Shown here one piece after another: positions 29,063 to 38,922 of a stretch of 64,000 bases of DNA (the stretch's first letter is position 1; the number at the start of each line of letters is the position of its first letter). A program made the translations under genes and the position numbers. This DNA comes from Candidatus Latescibacterota bacterium (GTDB lineage Bacteria > Latescibacterota > UBA2968): contig OZ220741.1 of NCBI GenBank assembly GCA_965116885.1, forward strand, positions 416,001 to 480,000, read 5' to 3'. Under the pieces are notes generated by a model. It saw only the letters and a program-made list of their open reading frames with translations. It was not told the DNA's origin and did not search any database.

Positions 29063-29668
29063 CTACATCTCCGATGACTCTTCGCTTTGCTCGGACTTCT
29101 CCTGCGTCTCAGATTCCTTTTTCATCTGATCGCGATCTCCCCCACGGCGACCGCGAAACCAGCCGCGACCTCTGAACCGGGGACCATCGCCATCTCTGAA
29201 ACCCGGACCACGGCCTCTAAACCCAGGACCACCGCGACCGCGAAACCCCATGCGACCGCCTCGTTTGCCGCGCATCTCACCGAGCTTCTCCTTTTGTTCA
29301 GCAGTCAGCAAATTTTTAACATCAATATTGTGCTGAATCTCGCGCGCCATAATTTTTCCTTGCGCCGCCGTCACCGCATCGACCTTAGCCTGAATATCCG
29401 AAGCCGATGGATTGTCCTGCTTCCGAACCTCACCCAAATCGATCCGCGCCTTCTGGTGTGCCGCACGCAAATCGACCATCGCCTTTTGATAGGCAGAACG
29501 CAGATCAGACATCTTTTCCTTCTGCTCATCCGTCAGTTCCAGCGCCGCCATACCGCGCATACCGCGGCGTTTGGACCTCTGGGCATCTGCATGTTTCACA
29601 AAAGCGACACTGCCAATCACGCCAATAATGAAAACACCGATAACTGCGTAGATAATTTTGCGTTTCAT
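29063..29668 (-). CDS. Spy/CpxP family periplasmic chaperone
   Basis: LELTDEQKEK and LLTAEQKEK (LTxxQ x2); RG-rich tail. Confidence 0.85.
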   Translation of the reverse strand: MKRKIIYAVIGVFIIGVIGSVAFVKHADAQRSKRRGMRGMAALELTDEQKEKMSDLRSAYQKAMVDLRAAHQKARIDLGEVRKQDNPSASDIQAKVDAVTAAQGKIMAREIQHNIDVKNLLTAEQKEKLGEMRGKRGGRMGFRGRGGPGFRGRGPGFRDGDGPRFRGRGWFRGRRGGDRDQMKKESETQEKSEQSEESSEM

Positions 29669-29817
29669 TGCATGACTCCTTTGTTTAAACAGTCGGGGAA
29701 AAATTTCCCTCCTACGGTTGGAGCGGCATCCTTGCCGCGATTACCTGAATATTTACAAATCGAACAACCCTCGGTTGTGTTCAGGCCGGCATCTGCTCAC
29801 AACGCGAAAGTCACGAC

Positions 29818-30267
29818 TTATGGTGGTCCTCGGCGGGAACCGGGTGGGCGGTCTCCCGGGGGACCTCGGCGGCCGCCACCTCGGCCGCGGAATCCTTGAC
29901 GTCTATTTTTTTCCTCAAATTTTGCAAACTGCTCAGGCGTGAGAATCGTCTTCAGTTCCTCGCGCAATTTTTGCACCTGCGACCGCATATCTTCGCCAAT
30001 TTTTCGGCGCATCGTATCGATCTCGCGCCGATATTCCTGAAATGCAGCCCGCACAGCACTCTCTTGCTCATCCGACAAATCGAGATCGCGACCCATTCGA
30101 TCAATCATGCGATTGTAGTCATAAGAACGCCCGCGCGCCCCAGGTGGACCGGGGGGGCCGGGTGAGCGCAAAAACTTGCGCTCGACAATAGTACCACACA
30201 CCAGCCCCAGAGCAAAAATGCCCATAAATAGAAGAACGGCCTGTGTGCGAGGAGAAAAAGAAAACAT
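29818..30267 (-). CDS. Membrane-anchored Spy/heavy-metal-resistance-like periplasmic protein
   Basis: N-terminal TM segment, LDLSDEQ and ILTPEQ motifs. Confidence 0.75.
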   Translation of the reverse strand: MFSFSPRTQAVLLFMGIFALGLVCGTIVERKFLRSPGPPGPPGARGRSYDYNRMIDRMGRDLDLSDEQESAVRAAFQEYRREIDTMRRKIGEDMRSQVQKLREELKTILTPEQFAKFEEKNRRQGFRGRGGGRRGPPGDRPPGSRRGPP

Positions 30268-30287
30268 GATAGTCCCTTTGCAGTCGT

Positions 30288-30686
30288 TTACTCGGGATAG
30301 ATAATCAGGCTATCGGCTTGCACCTCCGACAGCACCATCTCGGTTTGCGAATCTAAATAATCCGACACCGTATTTGCCTCGGTATCTCCATTATCTATTA
30401 ACACCATAAAAATAACAGCAGCGGCAGCGGCCAATGGCACGAGGCGTTTACCCGCCCATACCAGGCTATTCCATAAACTCTCTTCCCGAATCTGTGCCTG
30501 AACGCCATCCCACAACCCCGGCGAAGACGCCATCGGACGCTGGCGCAGGCGTCTCTGCACATGGCGAAGCAAATCGTATTCCGCGCGAAACTCTGCATCC
30601 TCTGCTATTCGCGCCTCAATTTCGCACACATGCTCCGCAGACAAATTACCGTCAACATAGAGCAACAATTTATCGCGATCAGTCAT
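30288..30686 (-). CDS. Putative anti-sigma factor
   Basis: LLLYVDGNLS, single TM segment; ATGA overlap with the sigma stop codon. Confidence 0.78.
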   Translation of the reverse strand: MTDRDKLLLYVDGNLSAEHVCEIEARIAEDAEFRAEYDLLRHVQRRLRQRPMASSPGLWDGVQAQIREESLWNSLVWAGKRLVPLAAAAAVIFMVLIDNGDTEANTVSDYLDSQTEMVLSEVQADSLIIYPE

Positions 30687-31276
30687 ATCTCCTCCCCTTG
30701 CCATTCGCGGTACAGCGGCAAAAGCAAATCGCGTAAACGCGCCCGCGCCCGCGAAAGCCTCGACTTAACAGTACCGACCGATACATCCAAAACATCGGCA
30801 ATTTCTTCTTGAGAAAAACCCTCTATATCCTTGAGAACCACCACCGCGCGATGCTCGGGCGAAAGGTAATCGAGCACCTTCTGAATCTCCTCGCGCAAAC
30901 CAATGCGCTCAATATCATTTTGCGGTTCATCCGTACCCAAAAACCGATCCAGCGTCATATCGCTCGCCTCCTGCATCCCCTCGATAGAAACACGATCGGG
31001 CCGTCGTTGCTCGCGCTGGGCAAACGTGAGACAAACATTGGTGGTAATGCGATACAAATACGTGTAAAAACTCGACCGACCCTCAAAATTTCCCAGTGCT
31101 CTATACACTCTAATAAACGCCTCTTGCGCCGCATCCTTTGCCACCTCGCTATCGCCGAGAATCGAACACGCCAGACCGTAAATTCGGTCTTCATAACGTT
31201 CAACCAACTGGCGGAAAGCCTGCACATCGCCCTTTTGGCATTGACGAATCAGATCTCGTTCATCAAAATCAGCCAT
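30683..31276 (-). CDS. ECF RNA polymerase sigma factor (RpoE/SigW-like)
   Basis: GDVQAFRQLVERY, DAAQEAF, FYTYLYRI, EEIADVL...GTVKSRLSRAR. Confidence 0.93.
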   Translation of the reverse strand: MADFDERDLIRQCQKGDVQAFRQLVERYEDRIYGLACSILGDSEVAKDAAQEAFIRVYRALGNFEGRSSFYTYLYRITTNVCLTFAQREQRRPDRVSIEGMQEASDMTLDRFLGTDEPQNDIERIGLREEIQKVLDYLSPEHRAVVVLKDIEGFSQEEIADVLDVSVGTVKSRLSRARARLRDLLLPLYREWQGEEI

Positions 31277-31325
31277 TTATTTTTATTCCTATGAGTATGA
31301 ATAGACATCCGATCTTATCTTTTTG

Positions 31326-31370
31326 TCTATTCGCTGATTCGTCTATTCGTCTATTCGCTGATTCGTCTAT
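31326..31370. repeat. Octamer tandem repeat (ATTCGTCT/ATTCGCTG)n; shorter copies near 24768-24784 and 24821-24830
   Basis: tctattcgctgattcgtctattcgtctattcgctgattcgtctat. Confidence 0.7.
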
Positions 31371-31373
31371 CCG

Positions 31374-31412
31374 TTTCGCAGGATTAGACCATCATATCAG
31401 CACTCGCGTTCC
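31374..31412 (-). promoter_or_regulatory. Candidate autoregulatory ECF promoter
   Basis: GGAAC-N18-GTCTAA, sigmaE-like, about 100 nt upstream of the sigma start. Confidence 0.7.
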
Positions 31413-31472
31413 CTATAAAACAAAAAAATGGACATCGCATTCAGAGATGTCCAGGGTTGGCGGGATCGAGAT

Positions 31473-31550
31473 GGGCGACCACGAGGATCGCCCCTACATT
31501 ATGATTTTCCATCTGCACATACATCGGGCAACCACGAGGGTTGCCCCTAC
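31473..31550 (-). repeat. Two tandem GTAG REP palindromes; the second overlaps the ilvB stop codon
   Basis: GTAGGGGCGATCCTCGTGGTCGCCC and GTAGGGGCAACCCTCGTGGTTGCCC. Confidence 0.8.
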
Positions 31551-33313
31551 TCCGTAATAATATCGGCAAACGTCATACCCGAGGGAATCATGGGCAACAC
31601 ATGCTCTTGATACGGCACAACCACATCGAGCAAATAGGGACCATTGGAAGAAATCATGCGGTCAATAGCCGGCACGAGATCCTCCTTGCGTTCCGCCCGT
31701 TCGGCGGGCACGCGAAAACCCTTTGCTATCGTCACATAATCGGGAAAAATCGCGTGACTCGGCGGAATATTCATATCTTCATGCGCCTGTGCCGCTTCCG
31801 GATCACCAATAAACGTATGCCCGCGATTGCTCTTGTAAAAACGATCCTCCCACTGCACCACCATACCCAGATGCTGATTGTTGAGAATCATAGTCTTAAC
31901 GGGAATCTTCTCCGCATACAGCGTCGCCAACTCCTGTACATTCATCGCAAAACTGCCATCGCCATCAATATCAACAACCAGCGCATCGGGAAACGCCAAT
32001 TGCGCTCCCAGCGCAGCGGGCAAACCAAAACCCATCGCTCCCAAACCGCCCGACGTAAGCCAACGGCGCGGCTCATCAAAAGGATAAAATTGTGCCGCCC
32101 ACATCTGATGTTGTCCCACCCCTGTAGATATAATGGCCTTCCCGTCTGTCATCTTATACAGCATCTCAATCGCATACTGGGGCAAAATAACATCTTCCAC
32201 ATCCTTGTAATTGAAGGGATATTTCTCTCGCCACGTTTCAATCTCATCACACCAGACCTGATAATCGCCCGGCACAACAACACTATTCAGCTCTTGCAGG
32301 GCATATTTGATATCGCTCACAATCGGCAAATGAGCAACCTTGTTTTTATTAATCTCAGAAGGATCAATATCTATATGCACAATGCGACCGTGTTTGCAAA
32401 ACTCTTCGAGCTTACCCGTCACCCGATCATCAAAACGCACCCCAAATGCCAGCAACAAATCGGCGTGATTGATGGCGTAATTGGCGTAAACCGACCCGTG
32501 CATGCCCAGCATCTGCAAAGACTGGGGATCTGTTTGCGGAAAAACCCCCAGCCCCATCAACGTCTGCGCCACGGGAATACGTGTTTTCCGAGCAAACTCG
32601 CGAAGCTCTTCCGACGCATCTGCAGTCACAATCCCTCCACCTGCATAAATGAGCGGGCGTTTGGATTCTAAAATCGCCTGCGCAACCTCTTGAATTTGCG
32701 CACGGCTGGCGTGCAAATGATTGGGGGTATAGCTGCGAATAGAAACCGTCTCGGGAAAATCGGGCACACAAACACTTTGCTGCACATTTTTGGGAATATC
32801 GACCAGCACAGGACCGGGCCGCCCAGACGAGGCAATAAAAAACGCCTCTTTGACAACGCGGGGAATATCTTCAATGCGATCCACGAGATAATTGTGCTTC
32901 GTAATCTGCCGCGTAACCTCAATAATCGGAGTCTCTTGAAAAGCATCGCGACCAATAACAGCAGTGGGGACCTGCCCCGTGATGGCAACAAGTGGCACAG
33001 AGTCCATTTTGGCATCGGCCAGCCCCGTGACCAGATTGGTAGCACCTGGTCCAGACGTTGCCATACACACCCCAACTTTGCCCGAGGCTTTGGCATATCC
33101 CTCAGCAGCGAAAATTTCGCCCTGTTCGTGCCGGCACAATACAACCTGGATATTGGAACGCGTGAGGGACTGGTGCATTTCCATACTGGCCCCTCCGGGA
33201 TAGCCAAAAAGAACTTCGACCCCCTCGCGGATGAGACTTTCAACCAGAATATCGGCACCGCTCATTTCGCCAGGAGTGGAACCAGATGCCAGAGTCTGGG
33301 GATTGCTCGCCAT
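31547..33313 (-). CDS. ilvB: Acetolactate synthase large subunit
   Basis: [37 protein letters not shown]...[11 protein letters not shown]. Confidence 0.95.
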   Translation of the reverse strand: MASNPQTLASGSTPGEMSGADILVESLIREGVEVLFGYPGGASMEMHQSLTRSNIQVVLCRHEQGEIFAAEGYAKASGKVGVCMATSGPGATNLVTGLADAKMDSVPLVAITGQVPTAVIGRDAFQETPIIEVTRQITKHNYLVDRIEDIPRVVKEAFFIASSGRPGPVLVDIPKNVQQSVCVPDFPETVSIRSYTPNHLHASRAQIQEVAQAILESKRPLIYAGGGIVTADASEELREFARKTRIPVAQTLMGLGVFPQTDPQSLQMLGMHGSVYANYAINHADLLLAFGVRFDDRVTGKLEEFCKHGRIVHIDIDPSEINKNKVAHLPIVSDIKYALQELNSVVVPGDYQVWCDEIETWREKYPFNYKDVEDVILPQYAIEMLYKMTDGKAIISTGVGQHQMWAAQFYPFDEPRRWLTSGGLGAMGFGLPAALGAQLAFPDALVVDIDGDGSFAMNVQELATLYAEKIPVKTMILNNQHLGMVVQWEDRFYKSNRGHTFIGDPEAAQAHEDMNIPPSHAIFPDYVTIAKGFRVPAERAERKEDLVPAIDRMISSNGPYLLDVVVPYQEHVLPMIPSGMTFADIITE

Positions 33314-33367
33314 TGCAAAAATCTCCTTGATATAGGAGCACACCTGCGCGTGCGTCCTTTGTCAGAC

Positions 33368-33404
33368 AAAAAAAAACCGCCATTGCATTGTAGCGATGAC
33401 GGGA
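33368..33404 (-). terminator. ilvB attenuator terminator
   Basis: CCGTCATCGC/GCAATGGCGG stem followed by T9. Confidence 0.8.
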
Positions 33405-33440
33405 CAAGATGTTTTTTCGATACGATCATCAATCCCATCA

Positions 33441-33521
33441 TCACATGGGTACAAGTACTACAACACGGCCTACAACAGCCGTTGTAATTGCAATGTGGGA
33501 TGTGGTGATCTGATGTGTCAT
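33441..33521 (-). CDS. ilvB leader peptide MTHQITTSHIAITTAVVGRVVVLVPM
   Basis: Ile/Val/Leu/Thr-rich; antiterminator GATGATGGGA (33433-33442) pairs with TCCCGTCATC. Confidence 0.85.
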   Translation of the reverse strand: MTHQITTSHIAITTAVVGRVVVLVPM

Positions 33522-33551
33522 AACTCTGCACTCTCTTTCGGTGAGGAAAAA

Positions 33552-33580
33552 AAGATACAGGCTTAGTCCAGTTCTGTCAA
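33552..33580 (-). promoter_or_regulatory. Sigma70 promoter of the ilvB leader
   Basis: TTGACA-N17-TATCTT. Confidence 0.75.
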
Positions 33581-33598
33581 GAAAACTCGTCAAAAGCA

Positions 33599-33657
33599 GG
33601 GCGAGGCAGGCCTCGCCCCTACATGGCATTGGCGGGCGAAAAATTTTTCGCCCCTAC
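33599..33657 (-). repeat. Two tandem GTAG REP palindromes
   Basis: GTAGGGGCGAGGCCTGCCTCGCCC and GTAGGGGCGAAAAATTTTTCGCCC. Confidence 0.8.
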
Positions 33658-33660
33658 ATA

Positions 33661-34425
33661 TCACGTATCTTCCATCGTATTAATCCGGTCTCGCAGTTCG
33701 GCAGCGCGTTCAAACTCCTCGTTGTCAATTGCTTCCAGCAATTCTTTTTGCAGACGTTCAGATTCCGTGAGGGGGCGCTGTTGCTCAAGCTCGTTGAGCA
33801 ATTCGTTCAGAGATTCAATAGAGCGTTTTTTTTCAACGGCAAATTCTTCTGCTTCTACTTCTTCCAGATTTTCGATCTTGTCGAGCACATCGCGGATAAT
33901 GCGCATGCCCTCCGTAAAATTGTTCTTTTGCGATTCAATCATCACGCGCGCAATCGCGTGGATTCGCAAAACATAAGGCCACCATTTTTCGAGATTGAGA
34001 CGATCGTTTTCCGCAGCAGCGTATTGGTTGACAAAACGAAACAGCCTCATGTTGCGCTCTGTATCTCGAATAACGCGGTCATAATCTCGTATTTGAAGTA
34101 AAAAAACATACCGCTCGTAGAGCAGTCGGCTTTCATCAAAAAGCTCACGACAGTGCGCCTTTTTCAGTGAAAAACCATCTGATGTACCGTGTTCTTCAAT
34201 GAAATGATGAAGCCTATCAGTAAAATGATCCAGCACAAACACACTACTGTGCGGTTTGCGCCCATCGGGACGCCCGTCGAGCTCCATCTGTAGAATGCCT
34301 TGAAATGGACCCTGATCTATGCGCACCTGAATTTTTTCAACACCTTTGGACGAGAAAATTTTGCGAATGCTGTTTTTGGGATCATAGGGCCAGTGCTTCA
34401 GCAAAGGGCCAATATCTTCGGTCAT
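33661..34425 (-). CDS. UvrB/UvrC-motif-containing conserved protein
   Basis: GILQMELDGRPDG, VIRDTERN, C-terminal AIDNEEFERAAELRDRI (UVR motif). Confidence 0.8.
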   Translation of the reverse strand: MTEDIGPLLKHWPYDPKNSIRKIFSSKGVEKIQVRIDQGPFQGILQMELDGRPDGRKPHSSVFVLDHFTDRLHHFIEEHGTSDGFSLKKAHCRELFDESRLLYERYVFLLQIRDYDRVIRDTERNMRLFRFVNQYAAAENDRLNLEKWWPYVLRIHAIARVMIESQKNNFTEGMRIIRDVLDKIENLEEVEAEEFAVEKKRSIESLNELLNELEQQRPLTESERLQKELLEAIDNEEFERAAELRDRINTMEDT

Positions 34426-34575
34426 GGCAAGTTCCCCTGATGTGTGGGAGAGACCTCTCTTGAACTGCTAATACCCGAACCTGTTGTGCCATAGGTTTCA
34501 ATCTAATTGCATTTGATGGCAGACGCAAGTATCATGTAAGGCGGGTAAGAAGTAAGATGTGAGAAAGGAAAAAAA

Positions 34576-35907
34576 ATGGGAACAGAAAAAAACACAGGAT
34601 CAATCGCAGAGTTTTTCAAATTTAACGCGCAAAACACAGATTGGCGCGCTGAAACAACAGGTGGTATAACGACATTTGTGACAATGGCTTATATCGTAGC
34701 CGTAAACCCGGGCATCTTGTCCGACGCATTGGGCAAAGATTTATTTCCCGAACTGCTATTCGCAACATGTGCTGCTGCAGCCATCGCAACAATACTTATG
34801 GGACTTCTGGCAAATTATCCCTTTGCCCTGGCGCCGGGCATGGGCCTCAATGCGTTTTTTACCTACACAATTGTACTGGGTATGGGCGTACATTGGAAAT
34901 TGGCCCTGGGCGTAGTCCTCGCCTCCGGACTCTTGTTTTTATTATTAACTGTATTGCGCGTGCGCGAGGCCATTATCACAGCAGTGCCCCAACCTCTCAA
35001 GCTCGCCGCTGCCGCGGGCATTGGACTATTCATTGCATTCATCGGATTTAAGAATGCGGGTTTTATTGTCGATGATCAGGCCACGTTGATCAGCCTGGGC
35101 AATGTACGCACGGGACCTGTTGGATTGGCACTGGTGGGACTTTGGGGCACGGCCATCATGCTGGCGCGCGGCATCCGCGGTGCAATTTTACTCGGCGTAC
35201 TCGGCGTCACCTTATTATCCATGATCACGGAACTCACGCCCTGGCCAACAGGTATCATAAGCCTGCCTGTCTGGCCCACCCATCTCTTTGGAGAAGCCAT
35301 CTATCATCTGCCCCTCGCATTTCACACCGCAGTAATAGAACTCGTCTTTGCATTTCTCTTTGTCGATCTATTTGATACCATGGGCACGCTGGTGGGATTA
35401 TCCGAACGCGTGGGATACCTGGATAAGCGAGGACAATTGCCGCGCGCCAACAAAGCACTGCTATCAGACTCTATTGGAACCGTATGCGGCAGCGTATTGG
35501 GCACCTCAACAGTAACGACCTATATCGAAAGCGCCGCTGGCATATCTTCGGGCGCACGCACGGGCTTTGCCAGCCTGGTAACCGGCGGCCTATTCATCTG
35601 CGCCTTATTTTTCACACCTCTGGTACAGGCCATACCGTCCTTTGCCACAGCACCCGCGCTCATCGTCGTAGGCGTCATGATGATGGCCCCGGCTGCTCGC
35701 ATTGCCTGGGATGATATGTCGGACGCCGTACCCGCTTTTTTAACACTGATAGCCATTCCCTTAACATTCAGCATTGCCGATGGATTAGCACTCGGATTTA
35801 TAGCCTATCCCATAATCAAAAGATTGAGCAAAAAAGGCTCCGAAGTACATTTTTTTATAGATGTATTGGCCATCACATTTATTCTCAAATATGTCTTTAT
35901 GGCGTGA
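34576..35907 (+). CDS. NCS2/AzgA family purine permease
   Basis: TTFVTMAYIVAVNP, LAPGMGLNAFF, DLFDTMGTL, TYIESAAG...GARTG. Confidence 0.92.
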   Translation: MGTEKNTGSIAEFFKFNAQNTDWRAETTGGITTFVTMAYIVAVNPGILSDALGKDLFPELLFATCAAAAIATILMGLLANYPFALAPGMGLNAFFTYTIVLGMGVHWKLALGVVLASGLLFLLLTVLRVREAIITAVPQPLKLAAAAGIGLFIAFIGFKNAGFIVDDQATLISLGNVRTGPVGLALVGLWGTAIMLARGIRGAILLGVLGVTLLSMITELTPWPTGIISLPVWPTHLFGEAIYHLPLAFHTAVIELVFAFLFVDLFDTMGTLVGLSERVGYLDKRGQLPRANKALLSDSIGTVCGSVLGTSTVTTYIESAAGISSGARTGFASLVTGGLFICALFFTPLVQAIPSFATAPALIVVGVMMMAPAARIAWDDMSDAVPAFLTLIAIPLTFSIADGLALGFIAYPIIKRLSKKGSEVHFFIDVLAITFILKYVFMA

Positions 35908-36019
35908 GAGGCGGGGTTCTGATCGCTGCTTTTGTTCGTGACATTTGTATTTTTTTTCTCTATTATTTCAAAATAATTGTGGTAGCTATTAAAAGCTAAA
36001 AAAACATTAGGGAGGCGTT

Positions 36020-38878
36020 ATGCGTACATCGTGGATCATTTTTCTCTTACTATGGAGTACTTGCTCGGTCGTAGCTCAGGATCTCGGTAGCTTGGCTGGA
36101 AAAGTGGAAGATGAAACGGGAGAAGCATTATTCGCGGCCAATATCACAGTCAAAGGACCGGCTATTGAAGGCGTAAGAGGCGCAATCACCAACGACCAGG
36201 GGAACTATCGCATCGACCGCTTGCCACCGGGCATTTACGAAATCACCATCAGTTATATCGGATATGAAACCCTGGTGGCAACCGGCGTAGAAATCCGCGC
36301 TGGCGAAAGCATGACGCGAGATTTCAAACTGACCGCCGTAGCCCTCATCGGTCAACAAGTGGTCGTATCAGCATCGCGCAAACAGGAAAAAGCCCTGGAC
36401 GCACCCGCTTCAATAGCAACGATCGAAGCAGCCGAAATCAGAGATCGGGGGGTCTTGTCGCCAAGTGAGCATATCAAAGCCCTGCCCGGTGTTGACTTTT
36501 CCAAAACGGGCATCTCACAAAGCAACGTGGTGGTTCGCGGATTCAACAATGTATTTTCCGGTGCATTGCTCACACTTGTTGACAACCGCATTGCCCGCGT
36601 CCCTTCCCTGCGTTTCAATGCCTTTGATATGATCCCCGTTACCGGTGAAGACATTGAGCGCATTGAAGTGGTTTTGGGACCCGGATCCGCGCTTTACGGT
36701 CCCAACACCTCCAGTGGCGTGATGCACATTATCACCCGCTCCCCATTTGAATCAGAAGGCAATGCAATTTCCATATCTGGCGGCCAGCGCAGTGTGCGAA
36801 AATTATCACTGCGGCACGCCAGCAGCCTCAACGACAAAATTGGGATCAAAATTTCGGTTGGGCAAAGTTCAGCCCATGACTGGGAGTACATCGATCCCCT
36901 GGAAGTAGAAACGCGCGGTTTTAATCCACGCGATTACAACTCGAAAAAGACATTGGGAGAACTGAGACTCGATTTTCGACCAACAGATGACCTGACGATC
37001 ATAGGATCAACGGGTTATACAAAAACAAGCGGTATTGAATTGACGGGTTTGGGCGCGGGTCAGGCAAAAGACTGGACCTATAATTTTTATCAAGGTCGCC
37101 TGCTATATCGCGAGTGGTTCGCACAAATTTTCTACAACGCGAGTAATGCAGGTCAAACGAGAATGATCGCAGCCGACGACCCAATTGTGGATAATTCATA
37201 TTTGATGGTCATGCAATTGCAACACAATGCCAGCCTGGGAGAAAAACAACACTTTGCTTATGGTGCTGATGTACTGCTCACCCGACCCAAAACAGGGGGC
37301 ACCATAAATGGCATGCACGAAGACATTGATAACATCGATGAATACGGGATCTATTTGCAAAGTGAAACCAGCCTGAGCGATCAAATCGAGATGGTCTTGG
37401 CCGGACGCATCGACAAACACAGCCATATCGAAGACCCGTTTTTCTCACCCCGCGCGGCACTGGTCATCAAACCCAGACCGCTCAACACCCTGCGCTTGAC
37501 GTATAACCGCGCATTTAGCACGCCTTCGACCACCAACTTATTTTTAGACCGGATCGGCGTCCCCGACCCCTTTGGGTTCGGCGCATTGCAACCGTCATTG
37601 GGATTTAATCCAGCAATTGACGTTCGCGCACAGGGCACCGCCGGTACCGGGTTCACATTTCGCAGAGACGGCAATGGACTGCCCATGTATCGGACGCCCT
37701 TTGCGCCCATAGCGGGATTGTCAAAAGAACACTACTTCGCTCTGCACGATCCGCAAGGCACCAATTTGATGTGGGGCGCTGCCAGATCAATAATAATGGG
37801 TATCCTCCTGGCCGAATTGGAACCTCTCGCAACAGGGCTTTTCGTAGATCGGCTTGGACTACCACAAGATCAAGCGGCTGCGGTAGCCGCACAACTGGTT
37901 GCAGACTTCCCCGGGATTATCCCAGAACAACTGCCGGGTTTGCAAAATACGGCCGGGACACTGAATACGGCAACGGCGAGTTTTGATCCCGTGCCCAGCC
38001 TCGCCAATGCAGTGGCAGACATAAACAAAATCGAATCGACCATCTCAGAAACCTTTGAAGTGGGATACAAAGGCGTCATCAACAACAAACTCATTCTCGC
38101 AGCCGATGTCTATCTAAGCAGAAAAAGAAATTTCACCAGCCCGTTGCGGATTGTAACACCCAGTGTATTTCTCGCAGCCGGTCCCATGAGCGAAGCTCTG
38201 GAAAACGGAATTACCGAGAACTTGAAAGACCCGGCCAATGCAAGTCTCGCAATTGCCATCGGTCTTTTAGATCAACTCAACCTGCCGGATCTGGGCCTAA
38301 TTGGCAATGGCAATGGCACAGGCATAGATGAATTGACGCAGTTATTTGTATCCAACGCCGCGGGGATTCCCTTTGGCACCATGTCTGCCGAACAGGCATC
38401 GGACCCCACTGCGGTGATGGTCGCATATCGCAATTTTGGTCGCATAACGCTCTACGGTGCCGACCTATCTTTTGCGTATTATCCAAACGAAATATGGACT
38501 TTTACGGGCAATTACTCCTATGTCAGCGATGATTGGTTCCCCAATTTAGACAACATCGGCGACATAGCCCTCAATGCCCCCCGGCACAAATTTAACATCG
38601 GTATCGATTGCCAACTGCCCAATACACCGCTCACCATCCGCGGGAAATTGAGCTATCGCGATGGTTTTCCCATGCAATCGGGTGTATATGTCGGCGATGT
38701 AGATGCTTATACTGTTTTGGACCTGAGTACCTCATATCAGTTGCCTATTTCACATGATCGCTTCAAGATCACCTGGAATGTGGAAGCCAGCAACGTGTTA
38801 AACCAGGAATATCGATCATTTATCGGTGCGCCATTTATTGGACGCCTGGTCTTAACGGGCCTGAATATTCGATTCTAA
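36020..38878 (+). CDS. TonB-dependent receptor, paralog 1
   Basis: VVVSASRK, IERIEVVLGPGSALYG, C-terminal F. Confidence 0.92.
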   Translation: MRTSWIIFLLLWSTCSVVAQDLGSLAGKVEDETGEALFAANITVKGPAIEGVRGAITNDQGNYRIDRLPPGIYEITISYIGYETLVATGVEIRAGESMTRDFKLTAVALIGQQVVVSASRKQEKALDAPASIATIEAAEIRDRGVLSPSEHIKALPGVDFSKTGISQSNVVVRGFNNVFSGALLTLVDNRIARVPSLRFNAFDMIPVTGEDIERIEVVLGPGSALYGPNTSSGVMHIITRSPFESEGNAISISGGQRSVRKLSLRHASSLNDKIGIKISVGQSSAHDWEYIDPLEVETRGFNPRDYNSKKTLGELRLDFRPTDDLTIIGSTGYTKTSGIELTGLGAGQAKDWTYNFYQGRLLYREWFAQIFYNASNAGQTRMIAADDPIVDNSYLMVMQLQHNASLGEKQHFAYGADVLLTRPKTGGTINGMHEDIDNIDEYGIYLQSETSLSDQIEMVLAGRIDKHSHIEDPFFSPRAALVIKPRPLNTLRLTYNRAFSTPSTTNLFLDRIGVPDPFGFGALQPSLGFNPAIDVRAQGTAGTGFTFRRDGNGLPMYRTPFAPIAGLSKEHYFALHDPQGTNLMWGAARSIIMGILLAELEPLATGLFVDRLGLPQDQAAAVAAQLVADFPGIIPEQLPGLQNTAGTLNTATASFDPVPSLANAVADINKIESTISETFEVGYKGVINNKLILAADVYLSRKRNFTSPLRIVTPSVFLAAGPMSEALENGITENLKDPANASLAIAIGLLDQLNLPDLGLIGNGNGTGIDELTQLFVSNAAGIPFGTMSAEQASDPTAVMVAYRNFGRITLYGADLSFAYYPNEIWTFTGNYSYVSDDWFPNLDNIGDIALNAPRHKFNIGIDCQLPNTPLTIRGKLSYRDGFPMQSGVYVGDVDAYTVLDLSTSYQLPISHDRFKITWNVEASNVLNQEYRSFIGAPFIGRLVLTGLNIRF

Positions 38879-38922
38879 AAGCTTTCCCAAAAAATCCGAA
38901 TTATTGCGATAAGGAGGATTTG

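Noticed and set aside
34426..34575. Purine riboswitch upstream of the NCS2 permease
   Set aside because: No purine aptamer core (UAUAA...GUUUCUAC) and no terminator visible
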